This document shows positions 25,505 through 39,837 of a stretch of 64,000 bases of DNA, piece by piece; the stretch's first letter is position 1, and each line of letters starts with the position of its first letter. Below the pieces are notes generated by a model. That model saw nothing but the letters and a program-made list of their open reading frames with translations, had not been told where the DNA came from and did not search any database. The translations under genes and the position numbers were made by a program. The DNA is from Octopus bimaculoides. Its lineage: Eukaryota. The stretch is from assembly GCF_001194135.2 (NCBI RefSeq), contig NC_069010.1:9010585-9074584 (forward strand). Reading direction: 5' to 3'.

Positions 25505-26690
25505 ATTATCATCATCATCATCGTTTAACGTCCGCTTTCCATGCTAGCATGGGTTGGACGATTTGACTGAGGACTGGTGAAACCGGATGGCAACACCAGG
25601 CTCCAGCAGAGTTTCTACAGCTGGATGCCCTTCCTAACGCCAACCACTCAGAGAGTGTAGTGGGTGCTTTTACGTGTCACCCGCACGAAAACGGCCACGC
25701 TCGAAATGGTGTCTTTTATGTGCCACCCGCACAAGAGCCAGTCCAGGGGCACTGGCAACGATCTTACTTNNNNNNNNNNNNNNNNNNNNNNNNNNNNNNN
25801 NNNNNNNNNNNNNNNNNNNNNNNNNNNNNNNNNNNNNNNNNNNNNNNNNNNNNNNNNNNNNNNNNNNNNNNNNNNNNNNNNNNNNNNNNNNNNNNNNNNN
25901 NNNNNNNNNNNNNNNNNNNNNNNNNNNNNNNNNNNNNNNNNNNNNNNNNNNNNNNNNNNNNNNNNNNNNNNNNNNNNNNNNNNNNNNNNNNNNNNNNNNN
26001 NNNNNNNNNNNNNNNNNNNNNNNNNNNNNNNNNNNNNNNNNNNNNNNNNNNNNNNNNNNNNNNNNNNNNNNNNNNNNNNNNNNNNNNNNNNNNNNNNNNN
26101 NNNNNNNNNNNNNNNNNNNNNNNNNNNNNNNNNNNNNNNNNNNNNNNNNNNNNNNNNNNNNNNNNNNNNNNNNNNNNNNNNNNNNNNNNNNNNNNNNNNN
26201 NNNNNNNNNNNNNNNNNNNNNNNNNNNNNNNNNNNNNNNNNNNNNNNNNNNNNNNNNNNNNNNNNNNNNNNNNNNNNNNNNNNNNNNNNNNNNNNNNNNN
26301 NNNNNNNNNNNNNNNNNNNNNNNNNNNNNNNNNNNNNNNNNNNNNNNNCAAACAAAAACTAACTTGCTAGTTAACCTGCCTTTGATGTTGCTGCACCTCT
26401 TATGTGTCCATAGCTTGCACCGGGTACATCTTATAGAGTTACTACCTACTCCTTTTCTACATACTGAGCAGGGCCATCTACCTGAAGGGGTTTGTGTTTT
26501 ATCTACCTTCCTACTTATTAGGATTTTGGTTTTAGCTAGGTTGACTCTAAGGCCCTTCAATTCTAGACCTTGCTCCCACACCTGAAACTTATCCTCTAGT
26601 TCTGATAGTGACTCCGCAATTAGGGCAAGGTCATCAGCATAGAGGAGCTCCCAGTCTGTAGAACAAACAGTAAAAGGTTGTCCCTTTCTT
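25505..26690 (-). mobile_element. 5'-truncated RTE LINE spanning an assembly gap
   Basis: WELLYADDLALIAES...KGLRVNLAKTK...WPCSVCRKGVGSNSIRC at 26350-26680; matching 3'UTR and (GAT)n tail at 25505-25770. Confidence 0.88.
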
Positions 26691-26767
26691 GTATCACCTA
26701 ATTGTCTGCATGTTTTGTGTCCTTGTCCCATTCTGTATTATTTATACACACATATATATATATGTAT

Positions 26768-26800
<33 letters not shown>

Positions 26801-29365
26801 CGTGTGTATGGAATTTGGATGGAATTTAGAAATATTTCAATAGGTTGCTACGCATGTTTCTATGATCATAGTGTTTATTCCTGGAATGATTACAGTCCAG
26901 TCCGTCGTGTCCATGGACATCAGGGGGATGATGGTTCATGCATTCATTTCCTCTGGCAATATGGAATTAACGTTGGAAGCAGCAAATGCATAACTGAAGG
27001 TTGTTTATCCATTGGTGGGGAGGAGTGGAAGGGGAGAGAGAGGTGTGTCTGATATTAGACATATTTTTATACTTGCGTATGAAGATATCGGGGTGGATAG
27101 CATAAGTCCTTGGATTAACCTTAGTGACAGCAGGTACGTCCTCAATGAACTCGGATGTAGTACAGCTATTCATTGTCTCAGTTGACAAATTATATTCTCT
27201 TAAAATGTCCTCTTAATTACTTTTGATGGTGCAATTGCAGAGCTTATGAAAAGAATGGTTATTCTTTTAGTTAGTTATATTTTCGTCAGCCCACCTTCAT
27301 ATTGCATCCAACTCCCATTGCAGATGCACAATATTTCCAGGTTTCTGAATCTTCAGTGAGATTTTTCGGAGCAGCTAAGGGCATGTCTGACAGGGTCACT
27401 ATGGAAAGCGGTGGCCCTAAAACAGTGCTCTGTGGAACACCGCTTACTATTTAAATATCTAAGTGTATATGTAAATATCTACATAAGCATGTGTATATAT
27501 ATATATATATATATATACACACAGATATATAGCTTGCTTACCAACAATATGGCTCCAGGTTCAGTCCCACTGCCTGGCACCTTGGGCAAGTGTTTTCTAC
27601 TATAGCCTCAGGCCGACCAAAGCCTTGTGAGTGGATTTGGAAGACAGAAACTGAAAGAAGCCCATCCTCACGGTGGTGCACCAGCATGACCGCAGCCACT
27701 TGGCTGAAACACATAAATAAATAAATAAATATATATATATATGTGTGTTTGTTTGTGTGTTTACACGCTCAACATCGCTTGAATAAATACTCGGCTTACA
27801 AAGAATAAGTCCTGGGGTCGATTTGCTCGATTAGAGGTGGTGCTCCAGCATGTGTGTATGAACCATGTGTGCAGATGCGTGTGCAAGGCCAGGCGCTGAG
27901 GAAAGATGCATGCATGTGTATATGCAACAATACATTTTCAAAGTGAATGAGAAAAAAACATACATGCAAAATATGAATAAAAGTGAGAAGGCATGCAAAC
28001 CAAAATTCAGGTTATAAATAAATGTTTAGTTCATTTGAGTCTGATCGGATGGAAGCAGAGTCAATTTTAATCTAATATGACAAACTGAAACTTGAATTAG
28101 TGTAATGTGTTACAGGTATGGTCCTTGTGAAGTTTAGTGGAAAGAAAAAATCAATCAATAAATAAATTTTGTAACTGTTCGTTTGGAAATTAAGGCATTG
28201 GTGTCTGTAAATGACTCACCTGGAATTTTTTTGAAATGGAAAACTTGTATTTAATTGGCCGCCATCGGACTCTTTGCCTGCTTCGTGTTCAAGTTTGCAG
28301 TGAACACGTTGTACGTGGGTGCTCCCATTCTTTCTTTCAGTTTCTGGGCACGTAGCCGTCGAACTGATGCATTTCTGCCTTCCATGGTCGGCAAATTCCT
28401 TGTGCATCGGCAGTGTTGCATTGCAGTATAGAGCTTTGTGTAGCAGGTCGAAGGAGGGTGCATCATTAATTTACCTTTGGGTTTGCAACTGTTGATATGA
28501 AAGCTGCAGCGACATGTGGCATCAGAAGGCAGCAATTCTTTTGCTTGAGGTCACCAGTTTGTAACGACGAAATTAATTAGTGTAACAGCATGTTGTAGGA
28601 TGTGGAAGATGAACCTCATCGGTCAGGTTATAAAATCCGAGAGCATGCGAAAGTTAGATGGGGTAGAATTTTTCTTTGTATAGTTTTGTGCACACGTTCT
28701 CTTAGCAGTCAGCCACCGATAGCATTAGAATGATATTGTAAGAGAAGAGATATAGAGCTAGTGGAAGTTGTCTGGTTGTGGGACTTTATCTCACAGTTGC
28801 TGACAGTAGATTTCTTTTCTCTCGCCGACCATTGTCTGCTGTGATCACGATTCTAGTGTTCCGCTCCCTAACTGATGATGGCTGTCATTCGCTAACTTAT
28901 TGAGTTGTCACAAGCTGACTGACTGTCTTTTTGCTCAGGGTTGTTGCTTTTATAACTATTCAGAAGGATAGACATGTCATTGAGAACAATGGGCTTTGTT
29001 GGTGGTACTGTGATATCTCTATTCTAGCTTCTGGTGGAGTAGAAGAGGTTAGTGGTGAAGGCATTCTTTCAGCCTAGCTAAGGCATCTGGACTATGTACA
29101 ACTGCTGTCAGAGGAAAACCATAGTTCTACCGTGAGAAAAGTTCTGTTGAAGTTGACGCTTTAAGTCATATGGACAACTAAGAGGTGCAGCGGTATCACT
29201 AATGGAGAAAGTAGTCTTTGCAGGGTGTCCCAGAAAGATTTACATTTGTTTAAGAGGCTTGAAGTGTCAATCTAAATTCAGCTATGGTGGATTAAATCCA
29301 CTTCATGCTTGCAAGATTCACTACATATATAAAGATGTAAAAATATGTAAATATGTCTATCTACA

Positions 29366-30250
29366 CAGGGTGTCCCACAAAGATTTCCCATTGATATTTC
29401 TTAATTATTTCAAATAAACTTAAGGTTAAATAATGAAATATGACACACACATTCTAATGTAACTTATCAATTCATTGCAGTAATTATATTTTGAAATGAC
29501 CACTGTACCACCTCTTCATGCAACTTGTCCTATGAAGAGAGAAGGGCTTTCTTCACATCTGACATGTCTGAATAGGGATGAGCACAAAGTCCATGAGATT
29601 GAAGCAGGTCATATCATCTTGTCCCCCAAAAAACCCACTGAAATGCTCTTTGCACCACCTCTGTGTCAAATTGGATGTGTGGGCTGCAGCCCCATCTTGA
29701 GTGAAGTTGTAAAGGCCACCGAAGGTTTCTGTAAGCTTCACTGTTGACCTTGATGCCAGCATCAATGAAGATCAAAGGAGGCTTGGACCTATCAGATGCA
29801 ACGGCAGCCCATACCTGACTGTACAAGTCTCCTCCTCCTCCATTCACTGCATAAAGCCTGTCATTCTGCCTGTTGGAGGTAAGTGCTTCTACGGTGAAGA
29901 GCTTCTCATTAGACCAGATCAACACTTTGTTAGTGGTGTGCTTCATCTCAGCTAACATGGTTTTTATCCCTGTTGAGTTGTTTCTTCCTAGAAGCTGCTG
30001 CGATTGTTTCTTTAAAATCCCTCTGCATTGAATATTTCGAAATATCAAGAGCTTTTGCAGTTTTTCTTGCACTTCTGCAGGGATTTCAATTCATCACAGC
30101 TTCGACAGTTTGTTTGGTAGGAACTGATTGTCTTGCTAAAGGGAGTATGTCCTTGCCAGGTATTGAACACTGTTTTACAGCAAACACATTCAAGTGTTTT
30201 GTTATATCCTTGTTGCTCACTCCAGATGTTTTCAAAGTGACAATCTGACA
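29366..30250 (-). mobile_element. Decayed maT/DD37D-like Tc1-mariner transposon
   Basis: WSNEKLFTVE..NRQNDRLYA, VWAAVAS..KPPLIFIDAGIKVNSEAY, FTQDGAAAHTS; end CAGGGTGTCCCACAAAG with a second copy at 29221; other TIR not found. Confidence 0.75.
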
Positions 30251-30799
30251 TCTTGAGGCTTCTGCTGGTCTATGTCTACGTGGCTGTACTCATGCCCCCT
30301 ACTTGTCGGCGTATGTCTTCAGCCTACATCAATCATGTTCCTGCACTTTGTACACACTGCTCATCGCTACGACCGATCAAACAGTCCGGTGAGATCCGCA
30401 GATCTGGGTGACGAGTCCACATATGCATGGCGGCATTCAGCACTGTCGTTGGTGCGTTCTCTGATGACCTGGACAAGACAGCTGAACCCAATCGCTTAAA
30501 GGAAGTAAAAATCGTAACAAATTTCCATGGGTGAACCTGCAGAATGATCATTGCTGGTTTGCACAGAGTAGATTGTTCCGGGAGGCAGTCCACCCGTGTC
30601 TCCTCTTCCTCCACTGCTGACACCAATCAATCACATTCTTTTTGCCTTTCGTTGCAGCTGGACTCCATGCCTTCACAACCCATTTACAATGCACAACTGC
30701 TGGTTAAGGAGACGGCTTTGAGCTGTAAACAATTTTGAGTAGGAATCAGAAAGAGAAGAATAAACATGCAATGCACATATGAACACCAGGTTTGTAAAA

Positions 30800-31360
30800 T
30801 CATCATTATCGTTTAACGTCCGCTTTCCATGCTAGCATGGGTTGGACGATTTGACTGAGGACTGGTGAAACCAGATGGCTACACCAGGCTCCAATCTGAT
30901 TTGGCAGAGTTTCTACAGCTGGATGCCCTTCCTAACGCCAACCACTTGAGAGTGTAGTGGGTGCTTTTACGTGTCACCCGCACGAAGGCCAGTCAGGTGG
31001 TACTGGCAACGGCCAAACTCAAATGGTGTATTTTATGTGCCACCCGCACAAAAGCCAGTCTAGGGGCACTGGCAACGATCTCGCTCGAAAATCCTACAAA
31101 GGCCAGTCAGGCGGTACTGGCAACGGCCATGCTCAAAATGGTGTATTTTATGTGTCACCCACACAAGAGCCAGTCCAGGGGCACTGGCAACGATCTCGCT
31201 CGAAAGTCCTTACACATGTCACGGGCACAAGTGCTAGAAAGGCGATGCTGGGCACAGGTGCCATCACGATTTCGATTTCGCTTGCCCCAATAAGTCTTCG
31301 CAAGCTGAGTTTCATGTCCAATGAGGGAGACGACGTTGGCATGGGTGCCACTCGTCGAAT
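30800..31360 (-). mobile_element. RTE 3'UTR copy with internally duplicated sub-repeats
   Basis: Near-identical to 25505-25770 and to the reverse complement of 47560-48075. Confidence 0.85.
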
Positions 31361-33435
31361 TTCACTAAAATAGAAGAGAAATAAAAAAAAAAAGAAATAT
31401 GCGCAAGTCAAACAAGTTATATCATGTCACATGTGGCACCACTCTCATGCAACTTTGCTGCAATTTTCTTGTTTGGCAATGAGGTGAACATGTAAGAAAC
31501 CACAGACTTCGTCTTGTAAATGAGCAAAGCCTTGGCTCTTTACAGATGAGGAAATTATTGATGATATTCTTTGGACAAAGAGTTTACTCTTAAGCAAGGC
31601 AAGGTGAACATATCCAGAAGTTGAGAAGAGAACAGCCTATTATTACTCTCCTGTTTTTTGGGGGTTTTTTTTGTAATTCTGCCAGTGAGTTTGCCTGCAA
31701 TTGTTACTCCTGGGTGGAGTATGCAGCTATTGATTTTTTTTTTCTTTTTCTGAGGAGCCCAAGTGGAGGGTAAAGTTAGAGAGAGGGGCTCAGATCTGAG
31801 AGGGTTGACAAAACCAACAGGCCTCAAAAGTTTGCTAAGTTGGTCTTTTAACTAGAGAAAAGCACAATCAAATATAATTTCTTCAACACAAGCAAAATTC
31901 AACAATACCTGTGCAGCTTCCATCCAGACATCTTTTTTCTTCTAAACACAATAAAAACAACAATAATAAAACACGTTCAATTTCTATTGAGATTTTTTTA
32001 TTTTATCTTGTTTGTCCAAATTTTCAATCGAGAGAGAAAAAAATAAGAGGGGGGGGGGAGAAGAGAGGTGTAAGAGAAGGAGAAAAAAGGAGGGAGGTGA
32101 CATATATGCACCTGTGTGTGTGTGTGTATATACATAGACATACACACATACATACATGCATATAAACAAATAAAGCTAATAAAAGAAAATAAATATGTGT
32201 GTATATATATATAAATAATAATAAAAAAAAAATTAATCCAAATTTATTCTGTTCTTATATAATTAAACAATCGAGCGATTGATCTGACTTGATAGGTCGA
32301 TTGATTTTTGTTTTTATTTTTTTTTTGTTATAGAAACTTTTATTTATTTATTAAAAATGCAATTTNNNNNNNNNNNNNNNNNNNNNNNNNNNNNNNNNNN
32401 NNNNNNNNNNNNNNNNNNNNNNNNNNNNNNNNNNNNNNNNNNNNNNNNNNNNNNNNNNNNNNNNNNNNNNNNNNNNNNNNNNNNNNNNNNNNNNNNNNNN
32501 NNNNNNNNNNNNNNNNNNNNNNNNNNNNNNNNNNNNNNNNNNNNNNNNNNNNNNNNNNNNNNNNNNNNNNNNNNNNNNNNNNNNNNNNNNNNNNNNNNNN
32601 NNNNNNNNNNNNNNNNNNNNNNNNNNNNNNNNNNNNNNNNNNNNNNNNNNNNNNNNNNNNNNNNNNNNNNNNNNNNNNNNNNNNNNNNNNNNNNNNNNNN
32701 NNNNNNNNNNNNNNNNNNNNNNNNNNNNNNNGAGAAAGGATGTTGTGACAATCATGCTGGTCTGTTTAGCAAGAATGAAGTGAAAAAAAAAAGGTTGCTT
32801 GTTATAAGGCAGGAAGGACACAACTTCTCAGGGCCTCGACACACATTGATAGTAGTGGTGGTGGTGGGGATCAAATAACCCTGATCCAGTCATGACCATC
32901 ACATCTATTGGTGAGAGAGACCACCACATTGTTCAATATAGCCATCTGTTTCCTTTATGACAGCAGGGTGTGTGATTTGAGGGAGTGTGGGCTGCTATCA
33001 CTAACGGGTTGTGTGACCACGTACAGGATCCCTCGATGGCGGCAGTGATGACATTTTGCAGAAATCCAACGGCTACCATCCCAGCCACCACACAAAGACA
33101 TGTTGATTGTTTTTCAGGTTGATTCTGCATCATCAGAGAAGAAGGGTGGTGGTCAGAGTGGCAGCAGTGGAGTGTGTGAGTGCAATACGCAGAAGAGAGA
33201 GAGAGAGAGAGTAAGGTGTGAGTGAGTCACTTGTTCAAGAATTTGCTGCTGCTGCTTATGATTGTTGTTGTTGTTGTTGTTGTTGCCATGGCTGATGCAG
33301 TTCTTGTTGTTGTCGCCTCCTGCTGCCACCCGAACCAATCTGAGTTGAGAGTCACAGAAAAACAAAGACTCTTCCTTGACTCTGCTTCTAACCAAAGATG
33401 CTCATCATTCTATATACAGCTGCTTATTATACACC

Positions 33436-33518
<83 letters not shown>

Positions 33519-33632
33519 GTACATATATACGTATATATACATATATATATATATGCAAACATATGTATGCACATGTACAAATACATATGTATGCATGCAT
33601 ATATGAATACATATGTGTATACACACTCTATC

Positions 33633-33673
<41 letters not shown>

Positions 33674-33809
33674 TTATGTATGCACTCACCCATCCATTTA
33701 CACTTATATACACACATCCACAGTAATATTAGGCTTCTCTTCTGTACAAATGGTGAGGACATTGTCAGGGTTCAGCTCTTGTTATCCTGAGAAAGAGAAA
33801 GAGAAATTC

Positions 33810-33843
<34 letters not shown>

Positions 33844-34605
33844 CAACAACAACAATGATAATCCTTTGTATTAAAGGCAGAAAGCCTGAAACTTTGAGGG
33901 GAAGGGGACAAGTTGATTACATGAACCCCAGTATGTAACTGGTACTTAATTTATCTGCTGTTAAAGGATGAAAGACAAATGATTCTTAATAATAATAATA
34001 ATAATAATAATAATCATCCCTTGCATGATGGGCAAAAGGGAAAGTTGATTTCATCTTTGAAGTGGAAGTTTCTCTTAACAACCTTGAAGGAGGACAGATG
34101 AAGCTGACCTCAGAACATCTGGAAAAGAGCAGAGACGCACGGCTCAGCATTTTGTCTGGCCAAGAAGAATGATAATCCTTTCTACTGAAGGCACAGGCCC
34201 CGAAGAGGACTGGTCAATTACATCAACCCCAGTATTCAACTGGTACTTAGTTTATGGAATCCACCCCCCCACCGCCACAAAAAAAAAAGTATGAAAGGCA
34301 AAGTCAACCTCGGCTGAATTTGAATTCAGAACAGAAAAAACTGAGGAAAGACTGCAAAGCATTTTGCCTGACTTGTTCACAATTCTACCAGCTTACTGCC
34401 TTAGTTGTTATAATAATAACAATAATAACAATAATAATTTATTTTAACACGGGTCGACTGCTGTTCTATGGCTTATCTAAGATTGTAAACAAGCGCCCTG
34501 CTGACATCCAGTTTTGATCTGTACAGACAAATGAAGAGAGAAACAAGTTTATACGTACCTCGTGCAATAGACATATGCACCCACATGTATGTGGGTGTAT
34601 GTATG

Positions 34606-34641
<36 letters not shown>

Positions 34642-35039
34642 TATGTTTTGCTGCCCAAGTTAGTGAGATAAAATGAATAAAAAAATACAGGTAAAACATG
34701 TAAAAATAAAAACACAAAAACACAAAAAAATTAGTCAAGACAACACACTATTGTTGCTATGGCAACACACTATTGTTGGTAACATACTATAATTGTTATG
34801 GCAACACATTCTTGATACATTTGTAAAAATAAATTCAGTTATTCAGCAAATAAAGCAAGTGTGTGTGTGTGTGTGTGCGTGTGTGCGCATATCATTATCC
34901 AATGACAAGCAACCTTATTTAAAGGTTGTGGTGACCACTCAGTATCATGAAATCCAAGTGACCACCTCAACAGATGTGACCTTTGGGTAGAAGTAATGCA
35001 AATCTGAGTCAAATTGTTAATGTAAGTATTTACCCTTGA

Positions 35040-35330
35040 ATTAGTTTCAGCTGGGGCACTGCCATCAGCTTTACTCGAGACCTCCTGTGATATGCAGCAT
35101 TTGGTGAACGAGGGAGTTTGATGCTGCTGCCCTCATCTGGAATCCTTGACAGGTGGAGTTTCAGTTTTGTTTTGAAGACACCCACATCCACCCCATGCAA
35201 GTCTCTCAGGCTTTTCGGGAAGATACTGAAGAGCTGTGGGCCCTTGAAACACAAGCTGTTGCAGTATCTAGTCCTGTATCATGATGGCAATAAGCAGATT
35301 GTGAGGACTCTTTTCTTCTCACGTGTGTGC
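35040..35330 (-). mobile_element. CR1/L2-group LINE 3' coding relic
   Basis: FKGPQLFSIFPKSLRDLHGVDVGVFKTKLKLHLSRIPDE resembles the CR1-group ORF2 C-terminus. Confidence 0.6.
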
Positions 35331-37389
35331 TTTTATTCACTTGGCTCATTTGTTAAAGGGCTGTAAAATACTAAATTCTTTTGAGAGCCCTGAACATGTG
35401 TGTCACAGTAACTTTTTGCTATGCATTGCCTCAAGACAGTTTGAAGGAAAGGAGACACAAAAATGTCAAATATCTCCTTTCCACATGAAATGTGAGTTGC
35501 TGTTGGAAGCCATTTAAAAATCTGTTTTTCTAAGTGTATTTGAGAGTGTATGTGTGAGTATATATGTGTGTGTATGTATGTATGTATTAGAGCAACTGAA
35601 ATATCAAAATTAGATATATATATATATATATATGTCATCATCATCATCATCGTTTAACGTCCGCTTTCCATGCTGGTATGGGTTGGATGATTCGACTGAG
35701 GACTGGTATGTGTATGTAAAGCATCTGGGTGACATGCAGCTAGCGGTGCATGCTACAACATTTATTTGCACAACATTGACAACAACATACTATTTAACCG
35801 GCTAGAAATAGAAGCCAAATCTCCCTCAAAGTGCACACTGCCATGTTGGAAAAAAAAAATAGAGAGGATGTGACAATGTAGCTGTGGATGGAATGCTAGG
35901 TTCAATAGAAACAAGCAGAGTCTGGTGTCAGAGGGAAAGAGAAGACGTGTGGCTTCTTTCGGGCCTTTGTCGTACTGAGTTCAAGCCCAGTGCACAACAC
36001 TTGGGCCTTTTCCCTCATAGCCTGAAGTAGACCGAAGGCTTGAGAGTCGGTCCAGGTTAGATGGAGACTGTAAGGAAGCCTATCAAAGACACTGTTGTTC
36101 CTGTTTGTCAATGCTGGTCCTTTATTTTATTGACAAAAAGCAAAGTGGGCCCCCATCACAGCAAAAACAATTCCAAGGGGAGAAGGTGGTTGAGTACACC
36201 GACGACTGCAGTATTTGACTGGTACTTTATTTCATCGATCCCAAAAGGATGAAAAGCAAAGTCAACCTCAGCTGAATTTGAACTCAGAACACAAAGAGCT
36301 CGAAGAAAAGCTAACAAACGTTTCTGCCATCTTAAGAATAAGGATTGCATCCAGATTTCCTGTCTGAATCTATCCGGATGAAACAAAATATGAAAAAATA
36401 TGATGTAGACAGGAGAGGGAGAAAATTGAAAGTGAGTACGTGTGTGGTTTGAAGGGGAGATAATCCAGGAGAGAGAGTACGAGTGCGTTTAACAGGGAGA
36501 GTACACGAGAGTAAGAGGGATGGATGAATAAAGACACAGATAGGTCGAGAGAATTCTTGTATTTGTCTGCGTTCTTCAAATACATGTCACTAACTTGTCT
36601 TTGTTTCAATGATAAAAATTATGTCAGCCATAACTATTTTCTCCTCTGTTTTATATAAGTCCTCTTCATCTCCAGACAATAAACCTGTCCTCTTCTTTAA
36701 TGGCATGTCGGCTTTGGATTCTTGGGATGATCTCTTAATTACCGGTTGCTAATTATGATACATCCTCTTGAGAGAGGAGGAGATTATTTTAATAAATCAA
36801 CAATTTATGTTGTATGGTATTTGATATAACTGCATTTGTCTCGATAGACACATGGATGGATGGATGGATGGATGGGTAGACAGACGAGAGAGAGAGAGAG
36901 AGGGACCTTTCCTCTGCCCCTACCCCACATCCATACACACCACAATAACGAAAACAAGAAAAAAAGAGAAACACTGACATCATCATCATCATCATCAACA
37001 ACATTAACATGGCCAACAACATCAATCCTCCTCCTCCTCCTCATCCATCATCAGGAGCAAATGTGGGATCCTTTACGTGGTAGTTCAGCATGCTAGACAT
37101 AGTAGCCAAACATCACAGCCATGGACCCCCACCAACCCCATTGGAGAATGGGGTTGGTGGGAAGTTCCATGCCACGTAAGAAAAATTGACCAGATCGCCA
37201 TGGCTGGAATACCTTCGATACTAGGTCTGCTGGACAAGAGTCCAGTTGAGGGTCAAACAACATCATCAACAACATCAACATTGCCAACATAATCATCATC
37301 ATCATCATCATCATCAACTAGAACCCACACTTACCGAACGCCCAAAGAAGAACAAAAGAAACAAGCAAGAAATCAGATGCAGTACCACA

Positions 37390-37432
<43 letters not shown>

Positions 37433-37486
37433 ACGGCTATGGAGTGTCCGTGTGTCTGTGTATGTATATATATATATGCGTATGTG

Positions 37487-37594
37487 TTAGTGGTCGGAGC
37501 TCACGGCATCTGTACCCGAGTGTGCCAGACTGGAGTCTGGTAGCCGCAGGTCAAGGGTGCCCCCACCGCCGTCGCTATCACACATCTGCAGCCA
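37487..37594 (-). CDS. Candidate distal terminal coding exon of HIP1
   Basis: ttcttcttctctgttgtgattttcag|WLQMCDSDGGGGTLDLRLPDSSLAHSGTDAVSSDH*; phase 0; no homology recognised. Confidence 0.4.
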   Translation of the reverse strand, partial: WLQMCDSDGGGGTLDLRLPDSSLAHSGTDAVSSDH

Positions 37595-38605
37595 CTGAAA
37601 ATCACAACAGAGAAGAAGAAAAGGAAGAAGAAAAGGAGAGAGAGAGAGAGAGAGAGAGAGAGGAAGAAGAAGAAAGAAAGAGAGAGAGAAAAATATATAA
37701 AGTGACATTTCACAATGTGCAATTAGCAGTAATGACAGAAAATGAAGAACACAATAAATAACAACAACAATAATGATCTCAAATTTTGGCGCAAGGGGGA
37801 GGGGGAGTCAATTAGAACAACCTCAGTGTTTATTTTATCGACTCCAAAGGGCTGAAGGACAAAGTTGTCTTTGACAGATTTCAGCTCAGAACGTAAAGCG
37901 AGATGAAATGCCATTAAGCATCTTGGCTGCTCTGCTAACAAACCTTCCAACTCACCCCCTTCAAGAATAATAATAATAAGAAGAAGAAAGGGGTCAGAGA
38001 GCACAAACCTCTGCCAAGGCAACGCCAACATTAGCCAGGGATGATTCTTAAAACGAGAACATCTGAAATAAACTCAACTGCTCTCACAAACGAGAAAACT
38101 AAAACTGAGCACTCTCGAAAAATTAAGTAAAAAGACAGGAAAAATGATCCAGAATCCATGTCCGGTACTGGATCAATCTCAAAATCTAATCAGTTTGTGT
38201 CAGTCACGATGCAAAACATCCCTGAAAGTTTCATCTGAATCCATCCAGCGGTTTGTGAGATGTCTTGTCCACGGACAAACACACCTGAAAACAATACCTC
38301 CACCTTCGCTAAGGCAGAGGTAATAATAATAATAATATTGATTTCAAATTTTTGTCACAAGGACAGCTTGGGGGAGGGGATCAAGTTGATTACAATGACC
38401 CCAGTGTTCAACTGGTGCTTATATAAACATATGAGAAATAGCAGCCAAATCTCACTTAAATTGCACCCTGCTCTCTAATATGTATATATATGTATGAGCC
38501 AATGAAGAAGACTGGTACATTGTGATTAGGCATTGAAGAAATGGCAGTCAAATCTCCCTCAAATCCCATGTTATTAATGTAGGTCACAGCTGGAATGATT
38601 TAGAA

Positions 38606-38902
38606 CAGGGGTTTTCAAACGTTTTGACTTGGGGACCCCTTTATATTTCAGGCTTTACCTTAGGGACCCCCTCATAAACGCTTATGAAATTTATACATAA
38701 ATATTTGCTTAAAATAACATATATTTTTACATTTATTTATTTAACAGTGTTTAACAAATAGGTTTATTGTCAATTAAAAGATTTCGATTATAAAACATGT
38801 ATAAAATCAAATTGCCCATAAAAAGTATTTGCTGTCCATGGAACCCCTGTCTTGTCCTTGCGGACCCCCTGTGGTCCGCGGACCACAGTTTGAAAACCCC
38901 TG
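38606..38902. mobile_element. hAT-type MITE, copy 2
   Basis: TIRs CAGGGGTTTTCAAAC / GTTTGAAAACCCCTG; exact TSD ATTTAGAA at 38598-38605 and 38903-38910. Confidence 0.92.
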
Positions 38903-39042
38903 ATTTAGAATACCTTGATTAGAAAGACGACCCGAAATCAAAGAACAATCACACACACACACACACACACACACAAGTGCACAATACATACACATGTAAG
39001 TGGAGATGGAGAAAAAGATGAAGCACGAGAGAGAGAGAGAGG

Positions 39043-39074
<32 letters not shown>

Positions 39075-39076
39075 GG

Positions 39077-39108
<32 letters not shown>

Positions 39109-39432
39109 ATAATGAAATGTTGATGGAAATCTTAGAGGAGTCTGTAAATAGATCATGGTAAAGGGATTGGAAAGCGGGAAAGGAATTTTGGTTTGCAATG
39201 CATGAAAACCAGACACGCATCAGTGACTTTGGTGATAAAAGAACTCACAAAATAAAGATAGTCAATAATGGTTTGGATCTCTTTTAGGTAATAATAATAA
39301 TAATAATAATAATCCTTTCTACTGCAGGCAAAAGGCCTGAAATTTTAGGGGGTGAAAAGGATGAAAAGTAAAGCTAACCTTGGCTGAAAGTGAACTCAGA
39401 ACATAAACGTTTGTGTGTGTACACACACACAA

Positions 39433-39464
<32 letters not shown>

Positions 39465-39837
39465 GTATATGTATATATACACACATACATTTCTGTTTGT
39501 CAGCCTTCCTCACCACTCAACAAATGGTGTTGGTTTGTTGACATCCCAGTAACTTGACGGTTTGCCAAAAGAGACAGAATATACACCAGACTTTAAGGGA
39601 TCAAAAAACAACAACAAAATAAGTCCTGGGGCCACTTTGATAGACAAAATCCTCCAAGGCAGTGCACTGCCCCAGCATGGCCACAGTCCAATGACTTGAA
39701 ACAAATAAAAGATGAAACAATCCTAAACACACACACACACGCAGAACATCCAAATAGCAGACCAAACATATGAGGAGTGATGGTCATATCAGTGAGGGTG
39801 GAGGAGGAGGAGTGGATGATGGGTGAGGGTTGAATGT

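Noticed and set aside
25648-26585. Long ORFs full of X here and at 32308-32878, 46790-47083, 57071-57743 and 62567-63292
   Set aside because: Artefacts of N-runs; only the RTE part of 25670-26731 is real, and it is a transposon relic
33100-33400. Poly-Gln/Asn frames on the minus strand (e.g. RRRQQQELHQPWQQQQ)
   Set aside because: Short frames from (CAA)n repeats with no consistent splice sites or homology; more likely UTR or intergenic
33222-33938. 238-aa ORF and similar YIYI/HTHT/CVCV/ERER ORFs throughout
   Set aside because: Translations of (TA)n, (CA)n and (GA)n microsatellites
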